DNA of 63,010 nucleotides, the filler included, from Asterionella formosa (lineage: Eukaryota), in assembly GCA_002256025.1 (NCBI GenBank). It is 7 parts of 7 records of this genome, joined end to end, with 100 filler letters (N's around TTAATTAATTAA, not from the genome) between each part and the next. Parts side by side here need not be neighbours in the genome. Positions count along the whole stretch, not along the records: positions 45,111 to 54,015 come from NKIB01011476.1; positions 54,116 to 63,010 come from NKIB01011496.1; 5 more parts are not named here. The stretch is one strand, 5' to 3'. The notes beneath the pieces are model-generated. The model was not told the DNA's origin. It saw nothing but the letters and a program-made list of their open reading frames with translations, and made no database searches. The first letter of the stretch is position 1. Each line of letters begins with the position of its first letter. Shown here one piece after another: positions 47,055 through 59,824 of this stretch. The position numbers and the translations under genes are program-made.

Positions 47055-49461
47055 CAACAGAGGACATTGAAAACGACAATCTTGTTGTTGAAAATGCAGA
47101 TGATTCTGTGAATATCACTGCAGTTTGTTTAGATAATGACGTTTCTTTCAGAAATAATTTACTTGAGAAAAATGCAACAGTTCCACAAGCATTAAAGAAA
47201 TTGGATGGAATGGAAAAATGGACAGAAGTTACTGGTAAGGTCGCTCCATGCTCTCCTCGCTTAACACCTGAAAAATCTTCACTTCGAGAATCTGTTGTTT
47301 GTGTCAGCGAGCAACCAGATTCCATGGATTTTCTAGGCAACCATGAGGGTTTTGAGATTAATTATGCGTATTCTACGACGCTTGCATCTGATGCTGGTGA
47401 ACCTAGAACATATAAGGAGGCTCTTAAACATCAGGATGTTGCTAATTGGACATTGGCAACCAAAGGAGAAATCGACAAATTTTACAAATGGGATGACTGG
47501 AAAAAGGTCCCCAGGAATATTTTAAATGGCCGGCAACCTCATGGCACTCGTTGGGTGTTCAAATGCAAAGCAGGACATGACAAGAGTTTTCGATGTAAAG
47601 GTTGAATTGTGGTCAAAGGATATGTTCAAATACCTGGTATTGACTTCACGGAATCTTTTGCTCTTGTTGCTGCTGATGCTTCTATGCGGAGTATCTTCGC
47701 CATTACACTATTTAATTGGCATCATCATGTCAAGGATCGATAGATTTGCAAAATTATTGATGTGGAAGCTGCATTTCTCGAAGGAGATATGGACTAAAGC
47801 ATTTACATTGAATACCTTGATGGAATTTTAGATTACGGTTTTGAATCTGCTGACACTGTCAAGAACACATGTACCTTACTTGAGAAAGCCATGTACGGTA
47901 TGGTGCAGGCCGCATTACAATTATTCAAGAAGTTGGTTAAGAATTTTACTCTCATTGGTTTGGAACAAAAGCAAAGTGGACCCATTTGCGTTTTTCTTGA
48001 AGAAACAGGGTGAACTGATACTGATTATTGGCATTCATGTTGATGATTGTGCTATTGCAGGCAAACCTTCCAATGTTCAGTGGTTCAAATCTTTGATGAA
48101 GAAATATTTTACCATAAAGGAACTGGGAATGCTGTATTAACATTTGGGTGTAAGGGACGAGTGGAGTGAAGACACAACCGGTCGATATTTAGAAGCAAGC
48201 ATGGAAAATTTTGTAACAGTTATGATTGAAGACTTCAAAACCTTGTTTAAGAAGCTACCACAGACAGCAATGACTCCAGCTCTTTCAGGTACTATCTTGA
48301 AAAACTGATGGGAATACTATTCTACTCAAATAAAATCGTTCCATGGATGGGAAGCGCGCTGCTATATTTTGTGAAAAAGATTGGAACAGTATGTGCCAAT
48401 CCATGATGCAAGCAAACTATCACAACACTTGGAAAATCCGGGAGAAGCGCAATGTCACGCTGTGGGAAATATATTTCTATGCATATATGTCATCGAAAAT
48501 TGAAAATGAGACCACGTCGTGCAATGAGAGTTCAAGACGTCGTGGGTAGTTCATTCGGTAACAACCCTGATACTCAGAAGTCAACAAGTGCCTACATGGG
48601 AAAAATCGGAGGTTCTGCTTTGTTGATTAATTGCATTTGAAAGGGTCGAGCAATTGTGACATTTTCAAGCACTGAAGCTGATTACATGGCTTTATCTGAT
48701 GGATCTAAAGAGACAACGTTCGTTACAAATATACTTGCTGAGGTGACCAAAGTGATAATGCCAACAAGTCTTCTGTCTGAAGATAATGCTAGTGCAATTT
48801 TTCTATTGAAAAATTCACAGGTTGGTTCAAGAACCAGACATATTGATGTCCATTATCACTTTATTCGAGAGAAAGTGAAAGCAGGGGCGATTAATGTTTC
48901 ATACATATATCAATACATTAAAGAATCCCGCGGATTTGCTGTATAAAAGTGTGACACAAAAAGCGCATGATGCGCACGCCTTTCAAATTATGAATGCAGC
49001 ATTCATGGATTGCCGGGATCGAGATCAGGGAGGGTGACAAAATATTGAATAGTGGATTCTTTTTTATGTGATTCGATTAATTCGATCAAACGATAATATG
49101 ATTATATGTGAATGAACGATGGCACGTAATAATTCAATGGAATAAATCTTGTGTTTGTCATGAGATGTCAATTGACTTATTGTAAAGTGTGAACAACCAC
49201 TACATTCTTGGAGTAATCACGGTGAGGGGAGAAACAGATCGTGTTTGGGAATGAACAGTTGTTGCGATGGACAACACTCTGAGAAAAGTTCATCTTTGAA
49301 GTTTTAGTTTTAGCTCATAACAAGTAAAGTGTGAAATCTGTTTTCAACTTAAAGTTTGGAATGTTAAAATGTAAGGCAAGTCAAGTTATCACCGAAGCTA
49401 GCAATACAAATAGTTGGGTGAGTAAGCTCATAGCTGTGAACATATCCTAGATACTTTAACA
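47055..49461 (+). mobile_element. Ty1/copia relic (RT, RNase H, PPT, 3' LTR ~49035-49461)
   Basis: EPRTYKEAL, TRWVFK, KGYVQIPGIDFTES, DVEAAFLEG, HVDDC, SSTEADYMALS, RTRHIDVHYHFIRE; purine tract AGGGAGGG followed by TG...CA; numerous stops and frameshifts. Confidence 0.9.
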
Positions 49462-50480
49462 CTGGAATACATGCAAGATGGCCGGGATTTCGGTTTTTCA
49501 TGTCATTCATACACAAGAAAACGAGTACTTTTCACTCAAATATACACCATTGTGTTAAAAATGTTTGGAATACATATTACCACCAGTATGGTAGTACCAG
49601 GGTACCGACATTCAACAATACACTGCTTATTCTTCACGCGAATAGAAAATTCGCATTTCTTGAAGAAAAATATTCCCAAAAAGCCATTGTGCACATAAAA
49701 ACACTTTTGTACAAGGATGTTAATGGAATGTCTCAAGGCCCAAAACGCTATGCAAGATTGACAAAAAATGGCTGCCTGCAACTGAAAATTTATTATTTTT
49801 GCTTCATGAAGAAACACTTATCGAAAGCATTTGAAGACTTCTGTGGAGCATCAATGTCGCCAATCAGACACCTATTTGACAGTCATGAGCACTTTAATCC
49901 GAAATGGTATCCTGCGAAATAAAATAAAAGAGTCAGTACAGTAAAATATCGGAATATTGTCGACAACAAGAAAATGTTTGATTGGTTTATTCAAAATGTT
50001 GAAAATGGATGGAAGGTGAGAAACTCAAAGCATTACATCACCCATTTGATATACAAATGAATGAGGCGATGAACAATGCTATTACAAGGCGGTGTCTAAG
50101 AAACAAAATGCTCGCTGGCTCCTGAGTCGAAGACTGCTCAATCGAGTAGCGTGAGTGGCTGGACAACAGACACAAGGCGCTAATAAATACATTTCAGAAG
50201 TATATGAGGAATTTGGAATGACTATGTCGACTTGACAACAAACCTGTTGGTGCCAATGGCAAAGAAACTCGATCAAATGATGCGGAATACAAGAAAAAGC
50301 CCAAAAGGAAACGCAAACGACTGGAAGAAATCCATAAACAGTGCATGTTTTGAAATTACTATTAAACAAGAAAAGACCGACCCGAAAAGAGGAAGAACTT
50401 ACTAATCAGGTATAGCAGCCAGGCACAGAGGATACTGAAGCTAGTGTTCAACCTCCCGCTGCCAAGAGGTGCAAACATTG
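49462..50480 (+). pseudogene. Degenerate DNA transposase (Mutator-like/Kolobok-like type), interrupted by the copia insertion
   Basis: IRHLFDSHEHFNPKWYPAK and LHHPFDIQMNEAMNNAITRRC...LLNRVA resemble the H..H..C...WC and TQ.NE..N..I....PK motifs of these transposases. Confidence 0.55.
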
Positions 50481-50901
50481 CAGACTGACATACCATTTGA
50501 GAAGGAAAAATGCACAATATCACTACCACAACAGCAACTCCTCGTGTTGAACTTGCACAAGAAACTACTGGTATTACTGATTTTACTGATGCATCAAATA
50601 CATGTGGTTCAAGTGAGACTGGCGTGATTTTATAAGACCGGGATAATCTAGCCAATCTGGAGCAGGTGAGTGAATTTAATTCAACCAATCAGAACATGTG
50701 TTATGACGTGGGAACTTACCATGGAGTAGTCTTTTCGGACAGAGAATTATGTAGGCATATAGACCTACGCAAGACTACTATGTTTACAATGACGTTTTTG
50801 CACGTGCAAATTCCGATTCCAACATATTGGTGATGGTATCTGTGGGTTCTCATGAAGATTAAAATAGAAAGCGTGTATGCTATAACTTCAGGCGTTAACT
50901 T

Positions 50902-51004
50902 CTGGAGAGAAAGTGCAGTTATGTATAGTAGATTTTTAAGCCCCCCTTTTTTCACTATTTTTGGGGTCTTACAAATCTACGATACATAACTGCACTTTCT
51001 CCAG
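50902..51004. repeat. Closely spaced inverted repeat (~42-bp arms, ~18-nt loop)
   Basis: CTGGAGAGAAAGTGCAGTTATGTATAGTAGATTTTTAAGCCCCC versus the inverse of GGGGTCTTACAAATCTACGATACATAACTGCACTTTCTCCAG. Confidence 0.88.
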
Positions 51005-51189
51005 TAATGAGGTCCTTACCATATCTGCAAATGGAGCATAACCCCTATAGCTGGTTGCAACCTGAAGATCGATAGTATAGTAGGATACAAAGGCCTCAGT
51101 ATAAAGTTTATCTTGTGTTTAGCCCATAATCAAAAGTGAAATTTTGTGATGCACACACAAAATTGATAAACATATATATATATGTGTTT

Positions 51190-52450
51190 TCTCAGCTCAT
51201 TTCTCCGCAAAAGGTATGCAACATCGATCTGATGTTGTCGTTCATGTTTGTTGAATTTGTTGCATGCTTCTTGTTTGCTTCGTTGGTTTTTTGTTTGCTG
51301 TTAGTACTAGATAATGAAAGATATGTTGTCTTGAAGAAATTTGTGTCGAAATCGAGGAAACAGCGGCGTGTTTTGAATTGTTTGACAAGCTTGTCAAGGT
51401 CAACTTCGGTGTCCATCCCGTCATTTTATTGTTTGTCAATATCTTTCCAAATCTTGAAGTATGCACATATTCATTGTCTTGCTTGCTCGCCAAGAAAAAA
51501 TGTCGTATCCTTTTTTTTGTTTAACACTTTTTCCCTTGGCATGCTCTCTTGCACCGCAGCATTGAAGTTCTCTTTCCCCTTTTCTCTCCTCAGGGCAACT
51601 TAACAGTAAAAATTATTGGCATAACCCAAGAATAATCGATTCCCTCTCCTGCAAGCAAGTTCAGTGAAATTTTCGTGTTCAGTCAACAACAAGTACTCCC
51701 TTTTCCTTTCCAATTGACTGCAATGATTTTGTCTCTCTTCCTTTAAATGAAGACATTTTCCTTTCAACGACTTCAAAGACAATTATTTCTGGAAAAATCT
51801 AAATTCATTCTGCTTTCCATGTAGCTCTACAATCTCAATTATTCAATAAATCCACACTCCGCCCCAAAGCAATTGCAATAGACCCTTTGGTTTACTTCGC
51901 CATCCTTCAATAACTTTTTGTTTTAATCGCTTCAATTGGTAAGTTGTGTTCTTGCGACTTTGATTGGTGCATTGCTTGCTTGTTGCCCTTTGATCCATGT
52001 GTGGTTTGAATTTGTTTCAGTTTTGATTTGTACTGCCTCCTCAGAGTCCAACAAGTCAAGTGCAACAATAGCAGCCACTCTGCTCCTCTTTGTACCCCTC
52101 AACAGGTTCATTGAATTTCAAATGGACAAGTGCTGTTAGGGCCTTTTCATGTATGTCTTTCGAAAGCTTCTTGATGGAAAGGAAATCCATGTTTTCTTTG
52201 GCAGATTGTTGAATACTCATGCAGATTTCAGGGTTGGCGTGGTGGAAGGAGGGTGATAGATCTTTTGAGTTATGATCACTTGGATGGAGCTTGTGGTACC
52301 ACTTGGAGACAATGTATGCATGTTTGGCAAGTGTGAGAACAGTGCAAAAATGTTCCCAGGTTCAGATATTCATGTTATCTTTTGCAATTTGGAGTGAGTG
52401 AGGAATGTATTAGCAATTATGGTGGATGTTCCTCCTGTGATGATGGGTGA
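51190..52450 (-). pseudogene. Degenerate DDE transposase, probably IS630-Tc1-mariner-related
   Basis: Across frameshifts: GWRSKPKGLLQLLW(E)CGFI, TRKFH*(E)LAGEGIDYSW(G)YANNFY, KGKENF, KTRRCFLDFD, matching the KPKGLxQxLWERG...PKxHxELAGEGIEYxWG pattern. Confidence 0.6.
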
Positions 52451-54015
52451 TGTCGTCTCCTTGTTTGTTAAGTAGGTTGAGATTCTGAATCAAGAATGGG
52501 AGGTATTCAGAGCTGGAGTTATTTGCTTAACTTAAGATTTAAATTCTTTTGTAAATGCATGAATGTTTGAAGATTTTCTTGGCTTCATGGGAGTCCAATT
52601 ATGTTGTTTTTGTTGCTGGATGTTGTTGTGGCTGCTGAGAGTATTGGATGGTTGCAGGGGGAACGATGACTGAAATCATGACTTCTTGCTCTAGCTGAAT
52701 TCCATTGCTCAGTAATTGGGACAATGAATCAGCAGCTGGTTCTGATGAAACATCAGTCCCCCCTTTAGCATTACAAATTTACTTGCACTAGTAGTAATTG
52801 CTTCTTTTCCTTTCCCTTTTTGTTCTTCACTTGTCCTTCTTCTCCTTGGCCTTGAATTCAATTCTTCTCCTACTAGACTAGTCATCGCAGTGTAACTATT
52901 GGAATCAAAAATATTGCATAGAGAAACTTCTTTCTCCATATTCGAGGTGAATTACTACTACCACTAGATCATATCACATGACCATCATGACCCTGACTTC
53001 CACTTCTTAGCAGTCTCTTCAATGGAAAAAAATTATCTTCCCATTCAAATAATATACATTTGTAGGAAACTTAGGAACTGCTGATGCGTCTTTCCTGTAA
53101 TATGAACAAGTTACTGCCTACTTTTTTCCTTGGTTTCATACGCATGTCGAAATGCCATCACCTTCTTGCCTGTAGAAATCTCGACCTCATTTACTTCCAA
53201 GGATAGATTCGGAAACACCTTATTGAAATGCCTTATCAATATATTATTATGAAATTTCATATTATCGCCAAGGGAGTACTTTCATGATGATATTCCCTGA
53301 ATTGATTGACTAGCAACCAAACACCATGAATGGCAGGCAGGGTTGCTGGTGGCAGCCATAACTGATATTGTTACAACAATTTGATTATCATGTGAAAAGT
53401 GATTCCCCAAAAGGTTTCCGCTCATGGCTAGACAAAAAATCTAAAAGACTTTGGGGAATCACTTTTGCGCAAGTAATGGCAGCGATATTGAGCAACATGG
53501 TGAGGTGATCGAAGCAAACAAATTGGCGTGATATTCCTTAAACCTATGGAGATAAGGATAAATTTTGGTACCAGTTCTACGTGGGCTTCTATAATTATGA
53601 TTTTGATCCAACCATTGAGCAATGACTGTATCTGTATGCAAAGTCAGTCGTATCGGTGAAACCTAATTTTACCTTTAACTATTTTATCTATTTCTACGTA
53701 ATGTGTGGCTTGATTTAGATCATAAAAATATTTTGGAACGAAGCAGACCTCGCAATGTCTAACTCCAGATTAGGTACCGGTATGGTAATCATGTGGAGTG
53801 AATACGCAAACAAAATAAATCCTCAAAAATGGCAAGCGAAGTGAACGGAACGTATTGATTCTCACAGCTTCCATCTGCTCGTACCTGGTACCATCCCACA
53901 ATGGAGCCTTCCGCACGCTTCCCTACACCCGAGAGCGCCCTCCAAGATGCCCTCTCCCATCTCCAAATACGAACCGTTGTACAGGAAACTATCCAATCAA
54001 TGCTTGTAGATGTGG

Positions 54016-54115
54016 NNNNNNNNNNNNNNNNNNNNNNNNNNNNNNNNNNNNNNNNNNNNTTAATTAATTAANNNNNNNNNNNNNNNNNNNNNNNNNNNNN
54101 NNNNNNNNNNNNNNN
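54016..54115. other. Artificial scaffold spacer
   Basis: N44-TTAATTAATTAA-N44. Confidence 0.98.
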
Positions 54116-54754
54116 TGTTGTGCTGCCTGCCTCCCAACGATTGTCATCCAAGTACCACATTGATGGCTTCATTACCTTAAACATTCTCCATCCTTCGAAT
54201 GCGCAATGTGTCGAAGCCACAATGTTTTTCGTTATGTATTGCATAAACTTTCTTTTCTTGTCATGTGCTTTACTACGACGTATCTTTTCATGAAGCAGCA
54301 GGCATTGTTTGTTAACATGACAGAACGATTTCAAAAATATATATGCCATGAATATAGTAATAAAATTTGTAAATATATATATAGTGTTATACATTTATAA
54401 AATTCAAAGGCGTTCTCGATATGGAACATCTGATATGGTTAAAATGATCATACTCGCATATACATAATTCGAAAATACTCAATGCACTATATGTCCATTG
54501 TTTTCAACGACTACGTGTACCGGTATTATCTCTGAAATTTGTTTGCATCGATATTTTCTATGTCCGTTGAAACTAATTATTTAGACCATTCAATTGGTGT
54601 AAGTCATAACCGCCAGGGTTTTGGTAGCAAATTGTTTAAGCCCCTTTTTTGGGCGGGAGCTCTTCATGTGTACCGGTACATCATATGACAATAACAATAT
54701 ATCATATATAGTATATACAGAGTACCAGTAGCAGGTAGTAAGTGATATACTTGG

Positions 54755-55128
54755 GGTAGTCGGAGTAGTAAACTAGCAACAGAACACCATATGTTCAGGA
54801 CTGTTGCTACTGCAGTGGGACAATAAATCATCATAGTTTTAGGATAGTATGATTGTAAAACTAAAAACCAATAGAACACCATATGTTCAGGACTGTTGCT
54901 ACTGCAGTGGGACAGTAAATCATCATAGTTTTAGGATCGTAAAATCGTAAAACTAAAAACCAATAGAACACCATATGTTCAGGACTGTTGCTACTGCAAT
55001 GGGACAGTAAATCATCATAGTTTTAGGATCGTATGATCGTGAAACTGAAAAGCTGTAGTCGGAGTACTAAGCAAGCAATATAAAACCATATGTCTATGAC
55101 TGCTGCTACTGCAGCGGGACAGTAAATG
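54755..55128. repeat. Tandem repeat, 92-bp unit, three near-identical copies plus one degenerate
   Basis: AGAACACCATATGTTCAGGACTGTTGCTACTGCA.TGGGACA.TAAATCATCATAGTTTTAGGAT at 54781, 54873 and 54965; degenerate copy near 55080. Confidence 0.93.
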
Positions 55129-56241
55129 AATTTAAGATCATCGAACTTGAAGGAAAACAACGACAACAGTTATCAAGTAGTACAATGTCTTCAAGAAACC
55201 ATAAAGAGGTTCATGAAAACAAGCGAAATGTGGCAAATACTGCCGGTATGGAACAAAGAAGTAAGTTCCAAAATGAGTTTACAAAGAAAAAGCGAATAGG
55301 CGATTATCCAAAGCAACCCAATCGGCGATTGGGAGACGTTGGGGGTAATACCCCATCGTCGATGGGGACACCATCAGGTTCTGTTTCCACTAGTAGTGGA
55401 AACAGAACCTGCAAGCACCCTAAAAAATGATACATGTGTATCCAGTGGTGTGGCCACCAGGGGGGCAGCGCTAGTTTGATCAACCGCGCCAACCAGGCCA
55501 ATCAAATGGAGGTAAGTATTTCATGTTGCCCAATCATATTATATATGTGGAAGCGGACACTTACAATGGAATTTTTTGTACAGGAGATTTTACGACTAAA
55601 TATTTTAGAACAAGACCACCATTCCGATGATGACGTTTCAGCGATAAGTGATTCTGAGTCCGACATTTTGGAGACCATTGAAAAAGCCGATTTTGTCGAA
55701 ATTTTGGACAATGATAGCTCAATGTTGGCAGGGTTTGAAGACAAGTGAAGTACATAGGTAATCTTCATAGAGCCCCAGAAGTTAACTTTCGGCGAGAAAC
55801 TGCAGAAAGGAACTTTTTTTACTAGGGCAAATAAACGAGTTGGCCCGGTAAAATCCACTATTTTCAGCATGGTTAAAAAACCGAAGTTCCTTTCTGCAGT
55901 TTCTCGCCAGATCCTATATACTGACGATACATAGAGTTGACCTATATACCCATACATCGATCAATGACTGTATCTAAGCATATGAAAAGGGTGTCCAATG
56001 GTGAAAGCTCCAAGTAGCGATATACATATTTAGTTTAGACGTGAAAAGTATGTGTTTGAGTACTCTGACTCAATATTGTTTTTTAACCCTACCTCTATGC
56101 TAGGGTTGAAATTAGGAACCTTAAATCGAGTTGCCGTTGCATGATACTTTTTCAAAAAATATGAAACCAAGTCGAAAATGATAAGAACGACCCTTATTAT
56201 ACGGGTACCTGGTACCTGGTACCAGGTACCATACCTGGTAT

Positions 56242-56335
56242 CAGCAAGTTGCGGTCAGTTTGCTTAATCTAAAATTTCAATCCAAGATAACGATAGCTAA
56301 ATCATTAGAGTCAGCAAAATTGCTGCAACTTGTTG
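56242..56335. mobile_element. ~94-bp MITE-like element, copy 2
   Basis: TIR CAGCAAGTTGC...GCAACTTGTTG; body homologous to 11480-11572 on another scaffold. Confidence 0.72.
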
Positions 56336-57042
56336 CAGTTGCAACTTGTTGCAGGTACTGGTACCCACCCTCCCGGGAAGGTCCTGGTAAAACACGTATT
56401 CTCTTAGGAAAAGATTAAGCTAAATATCTTGATTATCGGACCTTCAACTGGCCTGCTTGTTTTGTTGTCTGTTCACGAAAGCTTATTCAGTACTTCCGCG
56501 CCATAAATTTCTAATTCTCGTCACCATCAAACAGTATGTTGTACTCTTGGTAACCTGGTACCTGGTACTTACCAAGTACCGTGGTCCGTTAACAGTCACA
56601 TGCTACCAGGGTACTGGTACCCATAACATATTAACCATATATAACGGTATGTGTCTGCAGAGGCAAGCAAGAAGCATGGTTGCAGGAATGTCACTCACGA
56701 TTGGAAACAAGCAACAAGTCAAGATGTAAAATGAACATACCGGTACCTGGTATTAATGGTACCAGGTACCAGGTGGTATGTGATAGTATGGCTTCCTCGT
56801 AGCACAGCCCCCACTCCCAACTCCCCCTTCTTGCGTGTGTGATCATTCGTCTGCCGTTGTTTTTGAAAGTGTCATGGTGGTGAAGATTATGATTTCACGA
56901 ATATTTCGACTTACTCATTTCAAAAAACTACTTTCGGTAAGCCAGACATACTACCAGTCGTAATCCCTTTTGCTTTATCACAATTATTCATCCATTCATT
57001 CCATTCCATTCCATTCCATTACTACTACTATCTCTAGAGGAA

Positions 57043-58968
57043 ATGACATCGGCCCTCTTCAAACACTTGTTGCAACGCAAACGACAACGTGTATCCAAGG
57101 ACCCACTTCCACCATTGTCATTATCATCAGAGATGATTGCGCTGGAAGGCAACAATGACAATACTAATGAATTGACGACGACAAAACGAATGATTGAGAA
57201 ACAACAACTACCACAACGAGGAGAAGAGCAACAAGAACATGAAGAAGAAGAACAATCACTATTGACACCATCATCACAAATGGAAGATAGATTACGAAAA
57301 CGATTGTATAATGATGAAGAATCTCAAGATAATAATGACAACGACGACGTGCCAGTAACAACAACAAACACATTAGCAACAACAACAGTAAATGACAGGA
57401 CTGTAACAGCCACACCTTCTAACACTACTGCAAAAACAACAACAGCAACGATTGTACAATGGCAATTGGAACAATTTCAAGCACGTGAGGCCTCACTTCA
57501 AGCACAGTACGAGAATAGTCTAGAACAATTACATCAACAACACCAGTTGGCATTGGGAGAAATGCAACGAATGTGCGATCAAATGAGACATGAGTACAGT
57601 ATAAAATTGCAAGAAGAAGTTGTACGAGCCAACAACTATAAGAAACAATTTGATACACTCAAGATTCGATACAAAAAATGGTATAAGGAACTAGAAGGAT
57701 GGATTACTACTATGAATGTCAAGACAACATTGAATCCTGCTACTACTCCTATTGATCAAACGATGATTTGCAAATGTTGCAAAATGGTGAAATCAAACAA
57801 CGACAATAGCAACAACACAATCATGATGAGGCGTACTCCTCCTCCTGTTATTTTGGAGATTCACAATGAAAATGACCCAATAAGTACACAACGGCCGTCA
57901 CCATCACCACCGGTCCTTTTGACCCATTCCAAACAACTGCCCACTGCTGATCAATCGAAAGTAGAAAGGATCATCCACAGCAACAACAGTATTAACAACA
58001 ACAGCCATTGCAAACCATTCAAGGATTCCACAAACATCATACCACCAAAAACAACCAATACAGCAGTTACACCATCTCCTTATTGGGGAATCAAGTCAAA
58101 ACACAAACACCAGCATCGACAAATGCAACAACAGGAGAATCGAAGGATTTTGTCCCAGAATGATGAGGAAAATAGTCAAACTCAGTGGGATGGTCCAACA
58201 TTTATGGAAACATCAGATTTACTAAGGGATGCTAGTAGGACAATCGCCACCAACAACAAAGATATCATGACACAACAGGGAGCCGACACTCCTACTAGGC
58301 ACACTGCCATTGACGAATCGCAAGCGTTATTGGATTCATTCCAACCAATGGATTCGAAAAATTTGTCACATAAAACAAGAACAATTGCAAGGAAAGCCCC
58401 GACGAAGAAAAGAATAGCTCCGTGGACATTAGCTGGCATTTCTAGAAACTTTGTTCATGAGTCGACCCCTGCAGCAACTTACGCCAAACCAACTGCAAGT
58501 CCGGATCACTACCACCAACACCAAAACATGACGATAATGAAGAGTAACCCACCTCTTACAAACTACCATCGCTCATCATCCTTGGAAAGACTAACTAGTG
58601 CCAAAGGCACGGGTCGAAACGAGGCGACTGCACGTCATGACCACAATCATGATGGTTCCACCGCGAAGAGAGAGGAGGATGACTTTGCCCCTAGTAGCAC
58701 TCCTCCTACCAACAAGAAGCCTCCAGGTTTTGTTTATCATGACGTGGTTCGGAATAAGGTGGAACGACAATCTATGCCTGGACATTCATGTCAAGAATGC
58801 AAGGCATTTTGGGACACTGTGTGTGACGATGGAACTGTCTTTGAACGTAAACATTTCGAAGACTGTTCTCGTCATCGTGCTCGTCATAGTCCACCATCAA
58901 CGCCAGATGGATTTTGGGAATTGTCCTTTATGGACGAAATCAAGGCACGTCGGGACGAAAAGTCGTGA
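57043..58968 (+). CDS. SAE2: CtIP/SAE2/COM1 DNA end-resection factor
   Basis: 641 aa; N-terminal coiled coil; C-terminal VVRNKVERQSMPGHSCQECKAFW...CSRHRARHSPPSTPDGFW (CxxC, RHR and TPxxFW motifs). Confidence 0.9.
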   Translation: MTSALFKHLLQRKRQRVSKDPLPPLSLSSEMIALEGNNDNTNELTTTKRMIEKQQLPQRGEEQQEHEEEEQSLLTPSSQMEDRLRKRLYNDEESQDNNDNDDVPVTTTNTLATTTVNDRTVTATPSNTTAKTTTATIVQWQLEQFQAREASLQAQYENSLEQLHQQHQLALGEMQRMCDQMRHEYSIKLQEEVVRANNYKKQFDTLKIRYKKWYKELEGWITTMNVKTTLNPATTPIDQTMICKCCKMVKSNNDNSNNTIMMRRTPPPVILEIHNENDPISTQRPSPSPPVLLTHSKQLPTADQSKVERIIHSNNSINNNSHCKPFKDSTNIIPPKTTNTAVTPSPYWGIKSKHKHQHRQMQQQENRRILSQNDEENSQTQWDGPTFMETSDLLRDASRTIATNNKDIMTQQGADTPTRHTAIDESQALLDSFQPMDSKNLSHKTRTIARKAPTKKRIAPWTLAGISRNFVHESTPAATYAKPTASPDHYHQHQNMTIMKSNPPLTNYHRSSSLERLTSAKGTGRNEATARHDHNHDGSTAKREEDDFAPSSTPPTNKKPPGFVYHDVVRNKVERQSMPGHSCQECKAFWDTVCDDGTVFERKHFEDCSRHRARHSPPSTPDGFWELSFMDEIKARRDEKS

Positions 58969-59065
58969 CTATTACATGTATAGTTTGAAATCAATCTTGC
59001 AAATTCCGTTCTAGTTTTGTTCGATTCTACTTTTTTATTCGTGCGACAATAGAATAATTCCTCCA

Positions 59066-59824
59066 TTATAACTCCAACAGTTTATCTGGGACACCATTAA
59101 TGAGACGACCAACGAGTTCTTGTCCGACATACCGTTCTTCGATTTTGTTCCCATCCTTTTCTAAACTCTGAATCGTAACTTTCTGACCATTCTCATAGAC
59201 AGTTCTGGTGCTCTTTTTAGTGTACGCAGAACCCGAACATTGATACGTCGAGGCTGATCGTTGTCCATTAACTGTTGTGGTTGTGGATATATGGCAATTC
59301 AGCCCCAACTTTTCAATGATCCACTCCAGCCAATTCAGTGTTGACGAATTGGCTGTTGCTGGTGTTGTTGTTGTTGTCTTTTGGAGAGTTCCATCCTTAC
59401 TTTGAAATTCTCTCGAAAATCGATCGTCCATATCTCGAAAGGCTTCTTTAAAGAAAGGATCGTTATGAAACAAGTCATTGAATTGATGAAATGCATGTTC
59501 CCGTCGTCGTGCATCCGTACTGCGACCAGGTCGACGCTTGGTCCGCCATTGTTGCTCTCGTTCTTGCTGCCCTTGTCCTTGCTGCTGGTCTATTCCCTCG
59601 TGAGTCTCATGCAGGACAGTGTCGTATTCCTTTCGTTTAGTCTCATCAGACAACACCTCGTAGGCTTCGGAAACCTTTTGAAAGACAATCGTCGCCTCTT
59701 CTTCATTTCCAAGATTCCGATCAGGATGGTGCTTCATGGCCAGCCGCCGATAGGCTTTCTTAATGTCTGCGAGTGTTGTGGCATCGCTGTCCTCTAGTTC
59801 GAGAATGCTGTAGTAGTTTTCCAT
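59066..59824 (-). CDS. DnaJ/Hsp40 J-domain protein
   Basis: [10 protein letters not shown]...[17 protein letters not shown]...[24 protein letters not shown] at 59824 is the likely start (frame is open back to 60049). Confidence 0.9.
   Translation of the reverse strand: MENYYSILELEDSDATTLADIKKAYRRLAMKHHPDRNLGNEEEATIVFQKVSEAYEVLSDETKRKEYDTVLHETHEGIDQQQGQGQQEREQQWRTKRRPGRSTDARRREHAFHQFNDLFHNDPFFKEAFRDMDDRFSREFQSKDGTLQKTTTTTPATANSSTLNWLEWIIEKLGLNCHISTTTTVNGQRSASTYQCSGSAYTKKSTRTVYENGQKVTIQSLEKDGNKIEERYVGQELVGRLINGVPDKLLEL

Noticed and set aside
46910..47605. 231-aa ORF as a single gene
   Set aside because: Chance read-through from antisense DIRS-like sequence into the copia pol relic.
8941..54115. 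Regularly spaced TTAATTAATTAA motif about every 9 kb
   Set aside because: Embedded in N44 padding, and the intervening segments decrease monotonically (8923, 8921, 8915, 8911, 8905 bp): an artificial concatenation of size-sorted scaffolds.
54781..55050. CRISPR-like array
   Set aside because: Whole units repeat with no unique spacers, no cas genes, eukaryotic context.
36100..58968. Apparent DNA-repair gene cluster (BRCA2, CtIP/SAE2, SNF2-like)
   Set aside because: The genes are on different scaffolds separated by artificial spacers; no linkage can be inferred.
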